This document shows, piece after piece, positions 22,801-36,957 of a stretch of 64,000 nt of DNA. The notes beneath the pieces were generated by a model. That model made no database searches and was not told where the DNA came from. It was given only the letters and a program-made list of their open reading frames with translations. The first letter of the stretch is position 1. The number at the start of each line of letters is the position of its first letter. The position numbers and the translations under genes are program-made. Origin of the DNA: Ascidiella aspersa (lineage: Eukaryota); the NCBI GenBank assembly GCA_963924565.1, contig OZ004607.1, positions 25,048,001 to 25,112,000 on the forward strand, read 5' to 3'.

Positions 22801-25800
22801 CGCCTACCATTTCGACGCTCATTTGGCATTGTTAGCAGCAGAGCGTTGGACGACGTTAAAAATATAAGTGCTGCAACGATGTCATAAAGGGCCGTAAAAT
22901 CTACAGCGAAACACAACAAATTTGCCGACATTAGTGTGCTGCGACGCAAGCTGTGTCAGAGGTCACCACCGTAATAGAACTTAAACGACTTCGACACCAC
23001 GAGGCCTTCGCTTTCAAATCGCCATTAAACACGACCTAGACACGGGAAAATAGCTATAAGCGACCTTTGCCGAGAAAGGGCAACTCATACTGTTGCGCTG
23101 AAGTTTGCACAAAAGCGACCGTAACGAACGCAACAAACCAGCTTTGGCGCGAGTGAAAGGAACAATAGTACAAACATAAACTGAAGTACAAAGAACCCAT
23201 TGAGACAATAGCGGGTTTGTTTCAACTCGGTTGCACACAGTTCTTTACACCATTATACCGACGCGCCTAGGCAAGCAGGCTTAAGCAGAACGTGGGGCGT
23301 GAACATCGCTTAAAAAAGATATATTTAGTACACACCTAACGGCACGCATACCTGGTTGAAATGACGAAAGTTGACCTTGTAGCCGTTGCGTTTTGTAAAA
23401 GATATCATGTTGTGGAATCTGTGGCCCCATAGGATCTCCTCTGGGAGGTAAGAGGCACGCGCCTGGGTGGTCATCCCGGTGGCTTCCACCATCCCCTCCA
23501 AGATCGCAATTACCTGCAGGAATAGAAAGTATTGAATTTTATGTGGCCTGGTGTATTGATAAAAGTGCTACGGCCGACAAAGCAATTTTATATTCTTGGT
23601 TTGTTGCTATCACAAAACACGCCCTTGCACATTCTTCGGGGATGATGGCGCTGATAAATCTGACAGGTCTAGCACATATATTTGCAAAGCAGAAAAATAG
23701 CAACGTAATTAAATCGCCTAATCCGTCAGTAAAAAGATAAATTGATACACCAATGCTGCATTCCATAAGATCGACCTTTTTGTGACACTTTGATATTTGG
23801 TTTTTCAAGTTTATATGGAAACAGTGGGATGTTTATAGGATACATATTATAAACGATGAATAACGTATAGCGGCCAGTTAATTCATGTTTTTAGGATTAC
23901 CGACTACCACGGCAGTGACGTGTTTTGCAACTAGAGCCCTGGGCGAAGTTGGAGACAGAAATAGGGGATTCGCGTACACTTTATGCGAACAGCTGATCGC
24001 TTGTCGCGTTGCACATCTTGCTCGTATGCTATTATACAGGTCGGCCATTATTTTTAGTTTCTGCGTGACAATGAGACGTACAAAGTTGCGTACGACGCAA
24101 TCAGACTACGTGGTTGGCACCCAATGGCAAATATTGAAATAACGTATTTACAGTTGTGCTAATAACATCCGTCACAACAAGGTACGAGGTTACAGAAGGT
24201 GGAATGTTACCTCGAAGTTGGACGAGTTAAGGTTGTCGGGGTGAAGTTGCCACAGGGGGCTGTCCTCGTCTATGGGGTGACAAATTGTTTGAGGCGTGAC
24301 GAGAAACAATCGATCCGAGTCGTTCTTGAGATCCAGAGCAAGGTCAATCTGCTCCAGGGGTATAAACTCTCCTTCCAGAGTCTCGCGAGAATGGATGAAT
24401 TGCATCCTAAAATGTTAAATAATGGTTTGATCGACTCCACAGCACTTCACTGTAATTCTTGACCATTTTCAGTCGATAGATTTAATTGGGTCAAGCAGGG
24501 AGCTGTCGTGCACCTTACACTGTAGAAACTAAACTACTAAAAATGCGCACCAATTTCGGCATTGTTTTAATAATGAGTAACACAGGTACAGACAGCGGTG
24601 GTGAGCGCATAAAATCGGTACTGGGCTGGAGAGGGCAGCGCATATTTATGTGCGTCATATCCGAAGTTCGACTGGTGTCAATCATAACGCATTCAAGGTG
24701 TTTATTCACCAATACCAACTGTGGTTTGCTTACTGTTTAGCTAACAGACCCACACACAATGGCTGTGACATAACGAAACATTTTTTGTGGTATTTTGCTT
24801 TTGTTGAGTACCTTTTACATTTTATTTAAACCGTTTAAATGTTACTTTGCACACAAAGGTGGCTTAACACCGCCTCACAGACCTTTATTGAGGTAACATG
24901 ATAACGTTTGGGCAGCCAATGGCTTGGTCAAAGGGTTGTCAGCAACATTTTTGACCAGAAACTTGTGAGAGAACTTTAAAACTGGCCTACCGCAAAGGTA
25001 TCACGAAAAAGGAAATGGTCAATTTATCGCGGCGACAACCATTGTTTTCGCTACCTACGGACTTTGAACTGTGGCCGACGACATGCTTATCGGGCAAGAA
25101 TTGGGGTACTAGAGCGCAATCGCGTCGCTTAGATGACACAGTAACAATTTAGATTTGCACAAAGGGCGATTGTGAAACGACATTTTCTAAAGGGATTTCG
25201 CGGTACGGCTAAATCCCTTGTGCGAGATTGACGCTATATCCTTCATGACGTAAAAAGGATTACCATATAGAAACTTCAATCCTCGAAGAGGGATTTGACT
25301 TTGAACATTAGGTAATATTCGTATTTTTGGAGGATCACTTTGAAAAACGTAGTCTAACCATCGCCAGATACGATATAAGGTGCTGCCGTGCTGGTACATT
25401 TTCCGGCCGACCCAGCGTCATTAGCGTTAACATGTAACTTTTTAAGAAGTGTGTATTGCTGCGCGTAGTTTAGTTTAAATGTCAAAACTCAGGTTTACCT
25501 GATGGTGGCTTCGACCAAGTGACTTTTCCTCAGGTTGCCAACTCTGATCATGAGACAGAGCTTCCCGTCCCGAACGTTAATGACAGCGTTCTTGCTGAAC
25601 AGCAGCGTCTCGGCTCTTTTCTTTGGTCTGGACAAAACACGGTCAGTCGATGGGCTATATCAAAACAGCTGAGAAGGTTGTGCCATTCTGTCTAGCAACA
25701 GTGAAATTTTGATGGAATATTAAGTGGACAGATAGCGGTGGCATGAGCATACGTGGGCTGACCCGCAAACAACTGATAAGATTTCGGCTGATGTATACCA

Positions 25801-28800
25801 CTCTCACGACTTTCTACTTCAGTAAAGCTGTGATATTTTACATGCGCTAAGATTTGCTCAATTGGACTGATTCTATCAAAATATTCAAATTTTGGATCAT
25901 GTTTATCCATTTAATAACGTTTTAAGACAAACATAGATTTTAACTTTACATGGATTATCAATTTCGAACATTGTCAAGATGTTGTGAGATTTTGCGACTG
26001 GCTAATCGTGTTCTCATGCCCGATTAAAATTAAAATGTTTTCGCACGAATGCAAGCATTACAAAATTGCGGCAAATTGGACTCACCGAGATATCTTTGCC
26101 ATTATTAATCCGATCATAAAGGCGTCGAGAATGCCTCCGAACACGGACTGAAAGACGACCATGAGGACGGTGAATGGACATTCCTCGGTGACGACGCGAA
26201 ATCCGTAGCCTGAAACAAGTGAATTATTCATCACGTGCAACTCGATTAATGCCCATTGCGCTTATAACCAAGGTCGCCTGTCCGTCTGCCGCGGCCAAGG
26301 CGCAACTTGCCCTCCCGGTGACTTGCCGCCGCCGCAACGCAAGCCAGCCCAACGTAACAAAGCACCCCCTCGCCGCCCTTCCCGGAAATAATGAAATTTA
26401 TCAATCGCGGCGTCTACTGCGGTGGCTGGCGTTTTCCAAACCGTATGTCCTTCGTCATAATGCCAGGCGGCGCAGACTGTTGCGGTTTTCCGACGCCCAG
26501 TCGCCGGTTTTCGGTTTATTGCAAGTATAATAGGCAGCAGTAATACCCACATTTAACTATTTTAAGCATTACAATTGTGGCTTGGGTTTAGGCACCAGGA
26601 GGGGACAAACTTGCTAAACATTCAAAAAATTGATATTTCTTAAAGATAATAACCAGGTTAAGCGCTAAAAGAATAAAAAACTGACCTATCGTCGTTTGTG
26701 TCTCCAGTGAAAATAGAAAGGCCGATGTAAAAGCGTGTTTGGGATCCAGGTTATTCACGCAAGGCTTAAACGTCTCATTGGCGTGATTAGCTAGATCAAA
26801 GTCGCCGTGAAGATATGAGGACAGCCAGAATATGGCCCCGAAGCTGATCCAGCTGCAAATTAACATTGTGTCAGTGAGGTTATAATTACCATAGGAAACT
26901 TAGAATCTCTTAGAATAAAACGCTTTCATGATTTCTGTTGGCAATTTAGTTCGAAAGGTAATGTCAAATTACCTTGGGTTGGATTTATCAAAAGTCGATA
27001 ATATAAACGATGTCAAAAAGAGCTGAGTATGATGACCTACAATGTACTTTTGCTCATACGCGCACTATCTTGGACCATCCCAAGAAACGTGTTTGTTAAC
27101 ATACCGGAAAACGGCTTGTGTTTGTTACATTGAGTAACTCAACATTATTAAACTTAAAAATTTAAAACCGAGGTGAACAATTAAAGAAACAAATATTTCG
27201 AAAGGTATATCGGTTTCTGTCGACCTGTGCGTAAAAGGGAGAATTTGCAGGTGTGGCAAACATCCTAAAGGGAAGTGGATGGGATTTGTGCAGAATGGTG
27301 GGCCTATCAATCAATACAAGTTGTTGACACTATATTTGAAGGACCTATGCATCCTTATCAACCCAGACAATGCAAGAATTGCTTAACAGGAATAGCAACC
27401 TTTTCCAGTGGTTTTATTGAGATAAATGCTATTATGACAAATATGCGAAATAACCATCTTTTAACTCTTAGTCTCTTATATTAAACATTGGTGTCGTGGA
27501 GATTTCTGCTCTTTTTATTAGGCCTCAAGAACGCTTTTAGATTTGGACCTTCCAGGAGAAGGCCTATATATAGGGTAGGTCAGATGACAATATACATAAC
27601 TTAGGTCTAATGACCATATACATAAGGCTCACCTTACAACAAAAGTGGCACCGAAAACAAACAGGTTCCATCGCCATTTCAGGTCTACACCTGTGGTAAA
27701 TATGTCGGATATGAATCGTTTTGGTTTGTCGCTGAGATTCGTGTGACTCACATTGCAGTGGCCCGATTTTCTGATAAACCTAAATAAAAACAAAACAATA
27801 CCTTTAAACGCTGTGGCGTCACAAAGTTCTGAAACAAAGGAGGCATTCTGATTCGCAAAACACAAAATCTAGAACAAACGTGATCAAACGCCCGCGCGGG
27901 TCAGTCGAAAACAAGGTGACGTAAAGTGTCTGACTCAACTTACAGTTTTGCAGTGAGTACACAGCGCCAAAAAATGACATAATGCAAGTTTACTAAAGAT
28001 TTTTAAACTTCTAAATTCCGCTCGGCATTGAGCAGTTAAAATCGCCGAATAAGCGGTACACAGAGCCTCCCTAAAGCGAAAATAGTACCTGACGCCTTTC
28101 TTGTGATAGGAGGAACTGTTGAGGAGCTCGGTGTTACCGCGGCTGGTGGCCAGTGAAATGCTGTCGCTCATCATCTGTCGCAAGCTGCTGCTGTTGCTGC
28201 GGTGCTGCTGGCCATTCGCGTCGGCGCTCGATTTCCGCGAGCTGAAGACAACAACAAGCACGTTTTTGCAACTGCGAATAAGGCTGCGTGTGCCGCACTG
28301 AATGGCTTGCTTTGCGGCTTGAAAAAGCGTGTTTCACGGAACGCTTTTATCGCAGTTTATCGAAAAGACGCAAGGTTTCATGCCAATATGCCGGCGTTAG
28401 TGACCGCGCGCTTCTGCGAACAGAGTAACAGCTTTGATTTGGAAATATAATGCATTATAGCGGATGCTAGATGGAAAACCTTTGTTACTTTTTATTTTAT
28501 ATTCAAAGTCAATTTACCAATTAAATGCTTTTACCGGCCGTGTGCTATAATTCTGCCACTGCTTACAGTTATACATTAAAATAATTCTTGTCGTGTTTAA
28601 AAGCAAAATAGCGTCTAGCGCTTAACCGACGTGTTAAACCGGGATTTTTTTCGGCCGAAACGTGCAAAACTAAAAGTCGGGTTACGCGGAGAGTTCTCGT
28701 TGGTGCATAGGAACTGCACAAAGTTTTAATTACGTCAGCGTTGACACTTAAAACACGAAAGAGGTCGGTTTGAATTGAATGCATCATCAATAATAAATAA

Positions 28801-29036
28801 GGAATGTTGCGTAACAGTTGCTTCCTAACACGCAATTTTGCAATACGTATTGCATATATATTAATCAAATGCTTTACAGTGTGAGTAATAAAATGTCACT
28901 TACAATTTCATAACTTTTTTTGCAATTTTTTCTATTAGCAAGTATAGGTAAATTATTCTCATAGATGGTAAACTAAGAATTGTCATCTTTACCTTTGATC
29001 GTGGTGAGTTTGATATCGTAATCCATTGGTATCCAT
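19876..29036 (-). CDS. KCNJ2/4/12/14: Inward-rectifier potassium channel, Kir2 (IRK)-like, about 603 aa
   Basis: Exons (minus): 29036-28993, 28241-28089, 27779-27633, 26852-26686, 26209-26086, 25627-25499, 24406-24211, 23513-23352, 21793-21654, 20644-20524, 20304-19876; 1812 nt in total, phases consistent. Motifs: [55 protein letters not shown] (D172 equivalent), [16 protein letters not shown] (E224 equivalent), [17 protein letters not shown]...EILWGHRF. The first and last exons are less certain. Confidence 0.93.
22012..22036. repeat. (AAACAG)n microsatellite
   Basis: About 4 units in a Kir intron. Confidence 0.85.
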
Positions 29037-32000
29037 GCTCACTTTTTTACACACAGAATTTATTTCAGATTTTCGAGTTTGAACACATTCCCTGCAAATA
29101 GAACAAACTTGTTAGTATCCTGTAATGCTTGTAAGCACCATAATCATATAAAAACGTCATACCGTCATGGCAATAGCTCGCGTAACATTAAAACACGCAT
29201 GGTATCCAAGAACTGACCAGCCTGTTTTTGTACTCTTGCATTTAAAAACTAATTCGTGGAAGACAAATCGAGCTAAAATGTTAGCGCGGCCAGCACTCAT
29301 CTGGCTGCTTAAAGCGACGTCACGCGAATTAAGAACGTCCGATCGCGCACGAGAATAAATACTTTCCGCGCAAACGCCTGACGCGTTTTTCTCGGCCGCG
29401 TCGATCGCGAAGCACTGACTCATGTTGCAGTGGCAACATTAGCAGGTAGGCAACCTAGGTGGTAGCACCAGGATGAGATGCAAAACCTGTTCGTCAAAAT
29501 CGTGCCAATCGCGTCGGCCAATATTCGTTTCAGTCGCTGGCGACGCAGGCGGCCGAAACACAGTCGCTTACGGTGGAAAAAACTTTTCCGACTCAGCTCT
29601 TTTTTCTTCGACTGTCAGCAGCATCAAACAACACCAACTGACCTTTGACCGCAAAATGACCACTGCTGACCACAACCAGAACAATTTGAATTGACACGAG
29701 ATAACGATTGTTCATTGTTCCGAAAATTGCGTAACAACCGGACAGCGCGTAACTGCCGGGTTCTGAAGCAACTAAAAACTGGTTTTGGTCGGTTGGCGCC
29801 TTCTCAACCATGTTCCAATTTTTTCTAACGTCGATAAATTTTCACCAATCTATCGTACCACCCTGAAGGTAAACGCGCCTTTCAAAGTTGCTTTATTGGC
29901 TGTAACTGACCCAATGTCTCATACAATAAGATTAAAGCGCCGCGAAAGCCCTTGTAAAACAAACAAGAGGGCGATTTCACATCCGGGTCCCATTTACTTA
30001 GAGGGCAAACATTCAACAAATGCTTACAGGAAAGTTTTTGTTCTAGGCATGGCATTTAAACTGCAATCACACTGCCTAATTATAACAGTTACAAAACTAA
30101 TAACAACTAAAATGGTTAAAGTTGCTGCAAGTCAGCTATACGAAATTTTCTCACAATAAAAATCATCTTTGTAACTGCATTATATTTCGTTCCTAAACAA
30201 AGCGGTAAAATGCGTGATCGCAGTGTTGCCAAACAGTTATGAATCATACGAAAATATTTATGTTTGACATAATCCGGCGGACAAACCTCGGTGTTGTTGG
30301 CGATTCGGTTCCGCTTTCAAAACAGTATGGTCACGCTGGACCTGCTTTAATTGCCGTAATGAAGCACGTGAGTTGACGTTCACATGGCAAACACGAACAA
30401 CATGTTTAAGACGAACAGCTGTAGTTTAATTCAGTTGCACGAGGCACTAGTGACCAGTAAGCCTGGCTTGATGTCAGGAAATGGGTCTGCTCTACTGCTG
30501 CGACGTCACTGCCTTACTAGCTGGCTACACTGACTTGAAATACTACGTTATGTGAAACTTACTATGCGCATAAACGTTATCGAAATGACCAAACAAGTCA
30601 TATTGTGATAAAGTTAAGCCTAATAATTCATTTCTGCTAGAACACATACATAAACTCAATTTAACAAGAAAGAATACCATTTAAGACTTAGTAAGAATAT
30701 CAAAGCCCATACAGAAGTAGATATCATTTTGCACGTTTCTAAAAAACTCTTTTATTCATTTTCAACATAAAAAATACAATTAAACATTTACACTAAAACG
30801 CGGTCTTATGAGCCATGTGCTTTATCCTTCGCCTACACTAAAACAATTTTGTCTAGAAAATTGTACCGTGGTTCAGTTCAACTTTGTGCCACTTGAATAA
30901 ACCACGACGAAGGCTTTAACAATGACATACGTCGCATATTTGTGGTATGAGTCGCTTCACGTACAAGATCAGAAGCACACAAATAAATTTGGTACTGAGA
31001 TGCCTTCCAGTCTTCCACATTAAAAAAGGGAAGCAATCAAATAGCAACGCATTTTTTTTCAACAACTGTAAATGTCTATTGAAAAACAACGTGCGAATCG
31101 TTCACGCCTTTCCGTGTGGAGCATGAACAAAAACAACCTTAACAAAACGTTCGAATAGTGTTACACAGAGAACAAGCCTAATTGATTTTGGATCATCACA
31201 GCAATGATTGTGACGAACTCGTGAACTGACTGCGGAAGCGATTGGTCGTATCACATTACTTTGTCGATCGCCCACATCACCAGCACCCACTACTAAAACT
31301 GTAGGATGTAAGCATCACTTCTTTCCTTACAAACGCACCAAATCTAACACAATTATTTAATTTATGGTCTTGACATTTATCTGTTAAACGGAAAAATATT
31401 TTACACATTTTCGCCCCCATATGTTGAAACCTTTTTCCAGGTCAGCTTGACATGACAGGGCGCTTCAAATCAAACGAATAGCACAGAGTTTACCCTCATA
31501 TCGCGTCTTTCTATCGCCTAATCATTTGTCATCTCCAAATAGCCTTTTAATACCGTGAGTTTCTCCCAAGAGTTAGCACGCGGAAATCTAAAAGCCGAAT
31601 CGCGCTTGCGTTCATCAGAGTGCGTCAAAATTGTATTTTTACCTTCGTTACATGTGTACTTTATATGTCGTTCGTGAGAAAGTGCACCAGGATCGGGAGG
31701 CATTAGGGCCGCCGGCGACTCCAGTCCACTTTTTATTAGCTGTCAAACTCTTTCGCAGACCTTCCTTTCTCAGCTTTTTCTTTTTTCAACTGGCGCGAAA
31801 ACGCGACGTGTAAAAATGTCATTGCTTTTGTTTCAACGAAAACGCTCGCTGCCCCTTATCTTTGCAAAAATCGGTGCCAAGTTACTTCGGTGTCGGGTAA
31901 CCTTTTTGTCGGTGAATGTGCCCTCAAAGAACGAGCACCGAGAGATAAAGACCAGTCGCTGACAATCAGTGTTTCGCGGCTTTTGTCACTGACGCCTTCT

Positions 32001-34485
32001 GGAAGTGGGCAAGAAAAAAAGAAGCTCATTTCTAGTAAGCCGCTTACACTGCTCCAGTCTGCACGTTTTAGCTGACTGATCTATAGGTTTTTCGAATCAA
32101 ACCGGCTACACGACTTCTTCCCAATTGCATCCAAAAAATGAGCACAGTAATTCTTTTTGACAATAAAGTAGTGTAACATTGTTAAATGCGCGTACTGACA
32201 CAGTCAGCCGTTCAGTCATATTGCGCCACCAACTTTTTGCACCAAATTAAGACTTATTCCATTTAATTTTCAGATATAACGCCCAAAACCGTGTCAACAA
32301 ATGGCAATCAAAATTATATCAAACTCAAGTAAAATAACACTTGCGTTCTAACCTTTGGATGACACGTCATTTCTGCTTGCAACACAGTAACAGCATGTCG
32401 TTAATTCAGTTGCAGGCGCAACCGATGTAACTTCCTTTATACGAAATTTGCATTGCCTGATATGTTGTTAGCGCTCCTAGTGTCCGCTCGCGGGGCAGGC
32501 GAGTCGTATAATATTCCGATCATCGCGTAACTGCAGTACATTTTGAAAATATTGTAGCGCATACTATGGTGTAAGCAATAAATGTGTCGCTGACTAGTCC
32601 ACCCGGGGGACAGCATTGGCATTGACCGCTCTGATATTGTGTTTTTGTTCAGATTTTATGGATTTTAGACGAAATTAAATATTTCGACAGATTACAACTC
32701 GTTAAGCAAATAAGCAAGTTCGGCGAAAGTATGCGTTTAAGGGAAATCGACTTGTCCAATGAAAATACAGCACTTATCAATCGGACATGCTTTAATCCAA
32801 AACGCAGCCTATCCCTTGTTGTTTTAAACCACGTAGGGGCAAATGATGCGTGAAATCAGTTTCGCCTATTTAGGGTTTGCCTAATTTTACAGAAAACGCG
32901 TTTCCTCAAAATACCACAAGAGCGCAAATAAGAACATCTAAATTCAATCAAAATATTTCTTACATTAGCTTTTTATACGGCAAAACATCTAAATGACTAA
33001 CTTAAAAGTCAAATTATAACCGACGAAAAGTCGTAAAAATTAAAGATCAACTTACAATATTATTTTTCACGTCTGGAAAATACCTAATATTTTATTTAGT
33101 TTTCCTATCCCTATCCCCTACGGCCACACAGCTAGCCTGCTAGGTCTTTGGGGCATAGGTGACTCAAACAAAATGTCTGACTATATAGGCTAAAACAGTT
33201 TTACAGGGCTGTAGTCGTCCTGAACTTTAAAAATTAAAAACACTTTTATACCCAACGATTTTCTTAGGTAGTTTGTGATATATTCACTTTCAAAGTATTA
33301 ACTGTTCTTTAAACTAAAAACTAACAAAAATAACAGCTTTAGGTATAAACGGCGTATTATTAATTTACGCCAATTTCTTACCTTTTCAGCGTCGAGCGCT
33401 TCGCGATATTCGAGCTCATTTTCAATGTCGAATGTAGAGACAATAACGGCGACTAGGAGATACTGGGACAATAGCGGCGTCACGTCGTACCAAGTGGATG
33501 GAGGGGCGTTCGTTACAACTACGCAATTGGTCAGTACTTTTCCAAGTAGTGGCCGTAACGCGACGATCGTTAGGTATTTATGCACTTCTAATCACGTGAC
33601 GTTGCAGCGAAACAGCAACACAGAATGCGCGTGATTGCACTCCTTTGTAAAAATGGTTGCGCTTGATTTGCTGACGAAGGCATTTAGACTGGGGTAGCGT
33701 CCTGTGCGTCCAAGCGTAAACGGAGGGTCGAGCGATGCTACCAAATTGATTTAAACAACTGGTAAATTTTCTGCGCAAGGTCGACTGAGCTTGCAAGCGC
33801 ATGAAACTCAAGGATAATCCATAAAGCCATCTTTGTACTGACGTGACCCGCTTTTAATCACATTCGACTGAAGACGCACCACTTTTTCAGTTCAACAACA
33901 TTCGATTAGACCGACAGTTATGGACACATTGCGAATGTTGTTGATAAATGTTAAATGATTCGACGAAATCTGACATACGTGTTAAATAGAAACACCCTGT
34001 TTTGCGAAACCGAGAAATTTTGTTATTGCACCTATCGCGTTATTTATGTTCGATTACTTCGTAATTAGGAAGTAGCCCCCTTCTACATTTCTTGATTGCC
34101 GTCGCTGGTAGCTTAAGAAGAGATTCGACTATTATATAGATTGCAATAACACATCCCTTGGTAAGAGTCAATAATAAAGGAGACGAACAAACGTAAGTCT
34201 CTAGTGGTGTCTTTAACTACAAATTATATTTTAAGACATCCGTTGTACTTACACGGTGCTATCTTACAGCTACTATAACGACTGTATAATTCGGATGCAC
34301 TTTGTACTAATAAATGCAAACTATCATTTTATAAGTCTTAAAAGCTCGATGGCTAACTTTATAATCTGCTAAATCTGCGCTGGAAGTTAAGATTTTTTTG
34401 ACAGGCTTTACTAAAATTGCCTGAATTATTCGTTCCAATTTTAAAACAAAGAAAAACAAAATTCGAAGCAAACTATGTTGCATCT

Positions 34486-34519
34486 GATAGCTCCCACTGT
34501 AACGATAGCTCCCACTGTA
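34486..34519. repeat. Tandem duplication, 18-bp period
   Basis: GATAGCTCCCACTGTA occurs twice in tandem. Confidence 0.85.
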
Positions 34520-36921
34520 GCTTCCAGAAGCTCGAATGAGAGCAATTAGAAGTTATAAGAGAGGATTGTCCGAACTGAACCGCCTGGAGTCAGACGGGTT
34601 CGTCCTAGATATCAAACGGACGTGTATTTTCAGCTGGAGGTCGCTGAGGTACGGCTACACACGGCAGTGGGCATCTGGGACGCTTCTGCATCACCTGACA
34701 CTCATTGTCGGTCTATTTTTGGTTGTTTATCTACAACATAAAAGTGCCCCTATTTCCTTGTTTACACCCGAAGCCACATTAGGCGCCATCTAAATCTCTT
34801 GGAGCAGCAGGTTACTTGGAGTTATTTATTCTGTACATTTGCATTGGTAAGTCAAGTAGTTTTTGTTTTGTCCCGCGCTGGCCAACAAGCTAATATATGT
34901 ATTTTTTTTTTGAAAGGGTTGCTATGTTGCTTATGGACGTCCTAACAAACTGCACACAAAATGATTTTTCTTCATAATATCACAGTTCACTATCGACGTA
35001 GGCTACTACATTTTGCTCAAAGTGCACTTTGCGATGTATACTTATATAGGCCTAAAATATTTTACGCGGTAGTAAATCGTCTTTCACACTCTTTACTTTG
35101 CAATAACCCACGCCCATAACCATATGTCACAGAAAATTTCGGGTTTTCACGACGTTGTTACGAAACTGGCTAACATAATTTGCTTTTAATAATTGATGAC
35201 GTTCAAGTGCACTTGGGAAAGGGGCAGAAACTAAAATAAAACATCAATTCAGCCAAATTCGCGTTGATAAATAGCTGAACAAAACACCAAATAAAAAAAA
35301 CAAACACTAAAGTTTAAATAAAAGCAAAGGGACCAAAGTTGTTCAATTAACTACAAATTGTGCAACAAACAAACCGTTGTTAAAACTTAATAGTTTTATA
35401 ATATGACAGCATGATATCACTTGTGGATTAAATTTTCACTTATCTGCAAATTTGTGCATGCTAATGTCCGTTGTAAAACTCCAGCTACAAACAGTCTGAA
35501 TCAGAGGGCGGCGAAGAATTAAATTCACCGGTTCAACCGGAACATAAATAGACTGCATATGTGGTACTTGTGAAACAAATTGTTAAAGTAACCCAAAAAC
35601 TGTAGACCAATGGCCACCATACCACGATACTCAGATATATCATTATCATGTGCGTTTAACAATTATTAGTTTATATATTTTTCGGTGAGTATTGAGCATC
35701 TAACTTACTTTACAAATAGAGAAGTAAATAACATCTCTAAATATTAATATAATGTAACTACAATATTTTAAACAAAATAATGTACCTTGGCACTCCCGTA
35801 GTTTAATCATAACTGTTTTAATCAATGTGTTAGCCTACTTTAACCGTAATCCTCTGTTTACAACACATATCCAAGCATATTATTCATGTAATAACCAAAC
35901 TGGTTTGGCATGGTCGGCTTGAATCATTATTAGATGCCACCCTAAAACTGCTGAAACGATATTTTTTCATACCGCGCTACAATCAGCTGAACCACCAAAG
36001 CTTGAGGATTTGCACTCCCCCAGGAATATGATTTGGCTTCAATTAGAATTATGGTCGACAACTTTGCAAATTGTTTTTTTTTTTCAAAGAGCGGACAGCA
36101 GTTTGGTACTTTAATGGAAGACAAAAAGCAATAGCAACAAAAACTGAGATAAAGACTTAGGTTGCTAGCCACAATCATTTACTTTTTTTAAGCCTTGCTT
36201 TCCTTTTTGACGACAAAAGGTTTTCTACCGGGATAAAGGCGCTCAACTTTGATTTGGCTATACTTCGGATGCTACTATACCTTTTTAAAAGCGCTTAACC
36301 GTGAGGTTTACAACATCACGTTTCTTTACAGTCTTGAAAAAAAAAAGTTTCTAATTTCGTACAAAAAATGGCCGAAAGTATGTTAAGAAAAGCTCTTGTT
36401 TTTTACGATGGCATTAATCATCATATTTTATTGAAATCACCCTACATTTTAACTACTTTGCTCACATGGATATTCATTTCGGCAGTAAAGTACACAAACT
36501 AAATTTCAAAGTTTAACCATAACCATAACATTTGTTATCATTTGATTTTTACATATTACGTATTAAAACGAATAATAAGTGTAAACGATAATGTTTTCAC
36601 TAGACTTGTCGAAGTAAGCCGCACGTGCTTTGCAGTTAAATCCGAGGTTAACCGTAAACTACATTTTTCGAATCCAACGTTGTGAGCGACGACAATTGTT
36701 GATCGGACGCGATTAGGAACGAAGCAACGTGTTTGCGCCGCAGCAAGTAAGGCGAATCGCCAGGAGTGTGGTCTTCTCGAAGTTTCGTCTCTACACAAAC
36801 CTGGTATTTTGGTTGCACGTGCCGTTCGCATCTTTCTAAAGGTCTTTTCATTTACAGCCAAAAACGTGCGCAACTCGTCCGATTTCGTATTTTAGATTAC
36901 ATTTATTAATATTATAGCCAA

Positions 36922-36957
36922 AGGTAGCTAGAGCAAACTAGGTAGCTAGAGCAAACT
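36922..36957. repeat. 18-bp tandem duplication
   Basis: AGGTAGCTAGAGCAAACT occurs twice in tandem. Confidence 0.9.

Noticed and set aside
24925-24957. Hairpin of about 14 bp in a Kir intron
   Set aside because: Too short for a pre-miRNA and compatible with chance.
33298-33585. 95-aa minus ORF as an N-terminal Kir coding exon
   Set aside because: Splicing its donor to 29091 hits a stop before the Kir ATG, so it is at most a 5'UTR exon or uORF.
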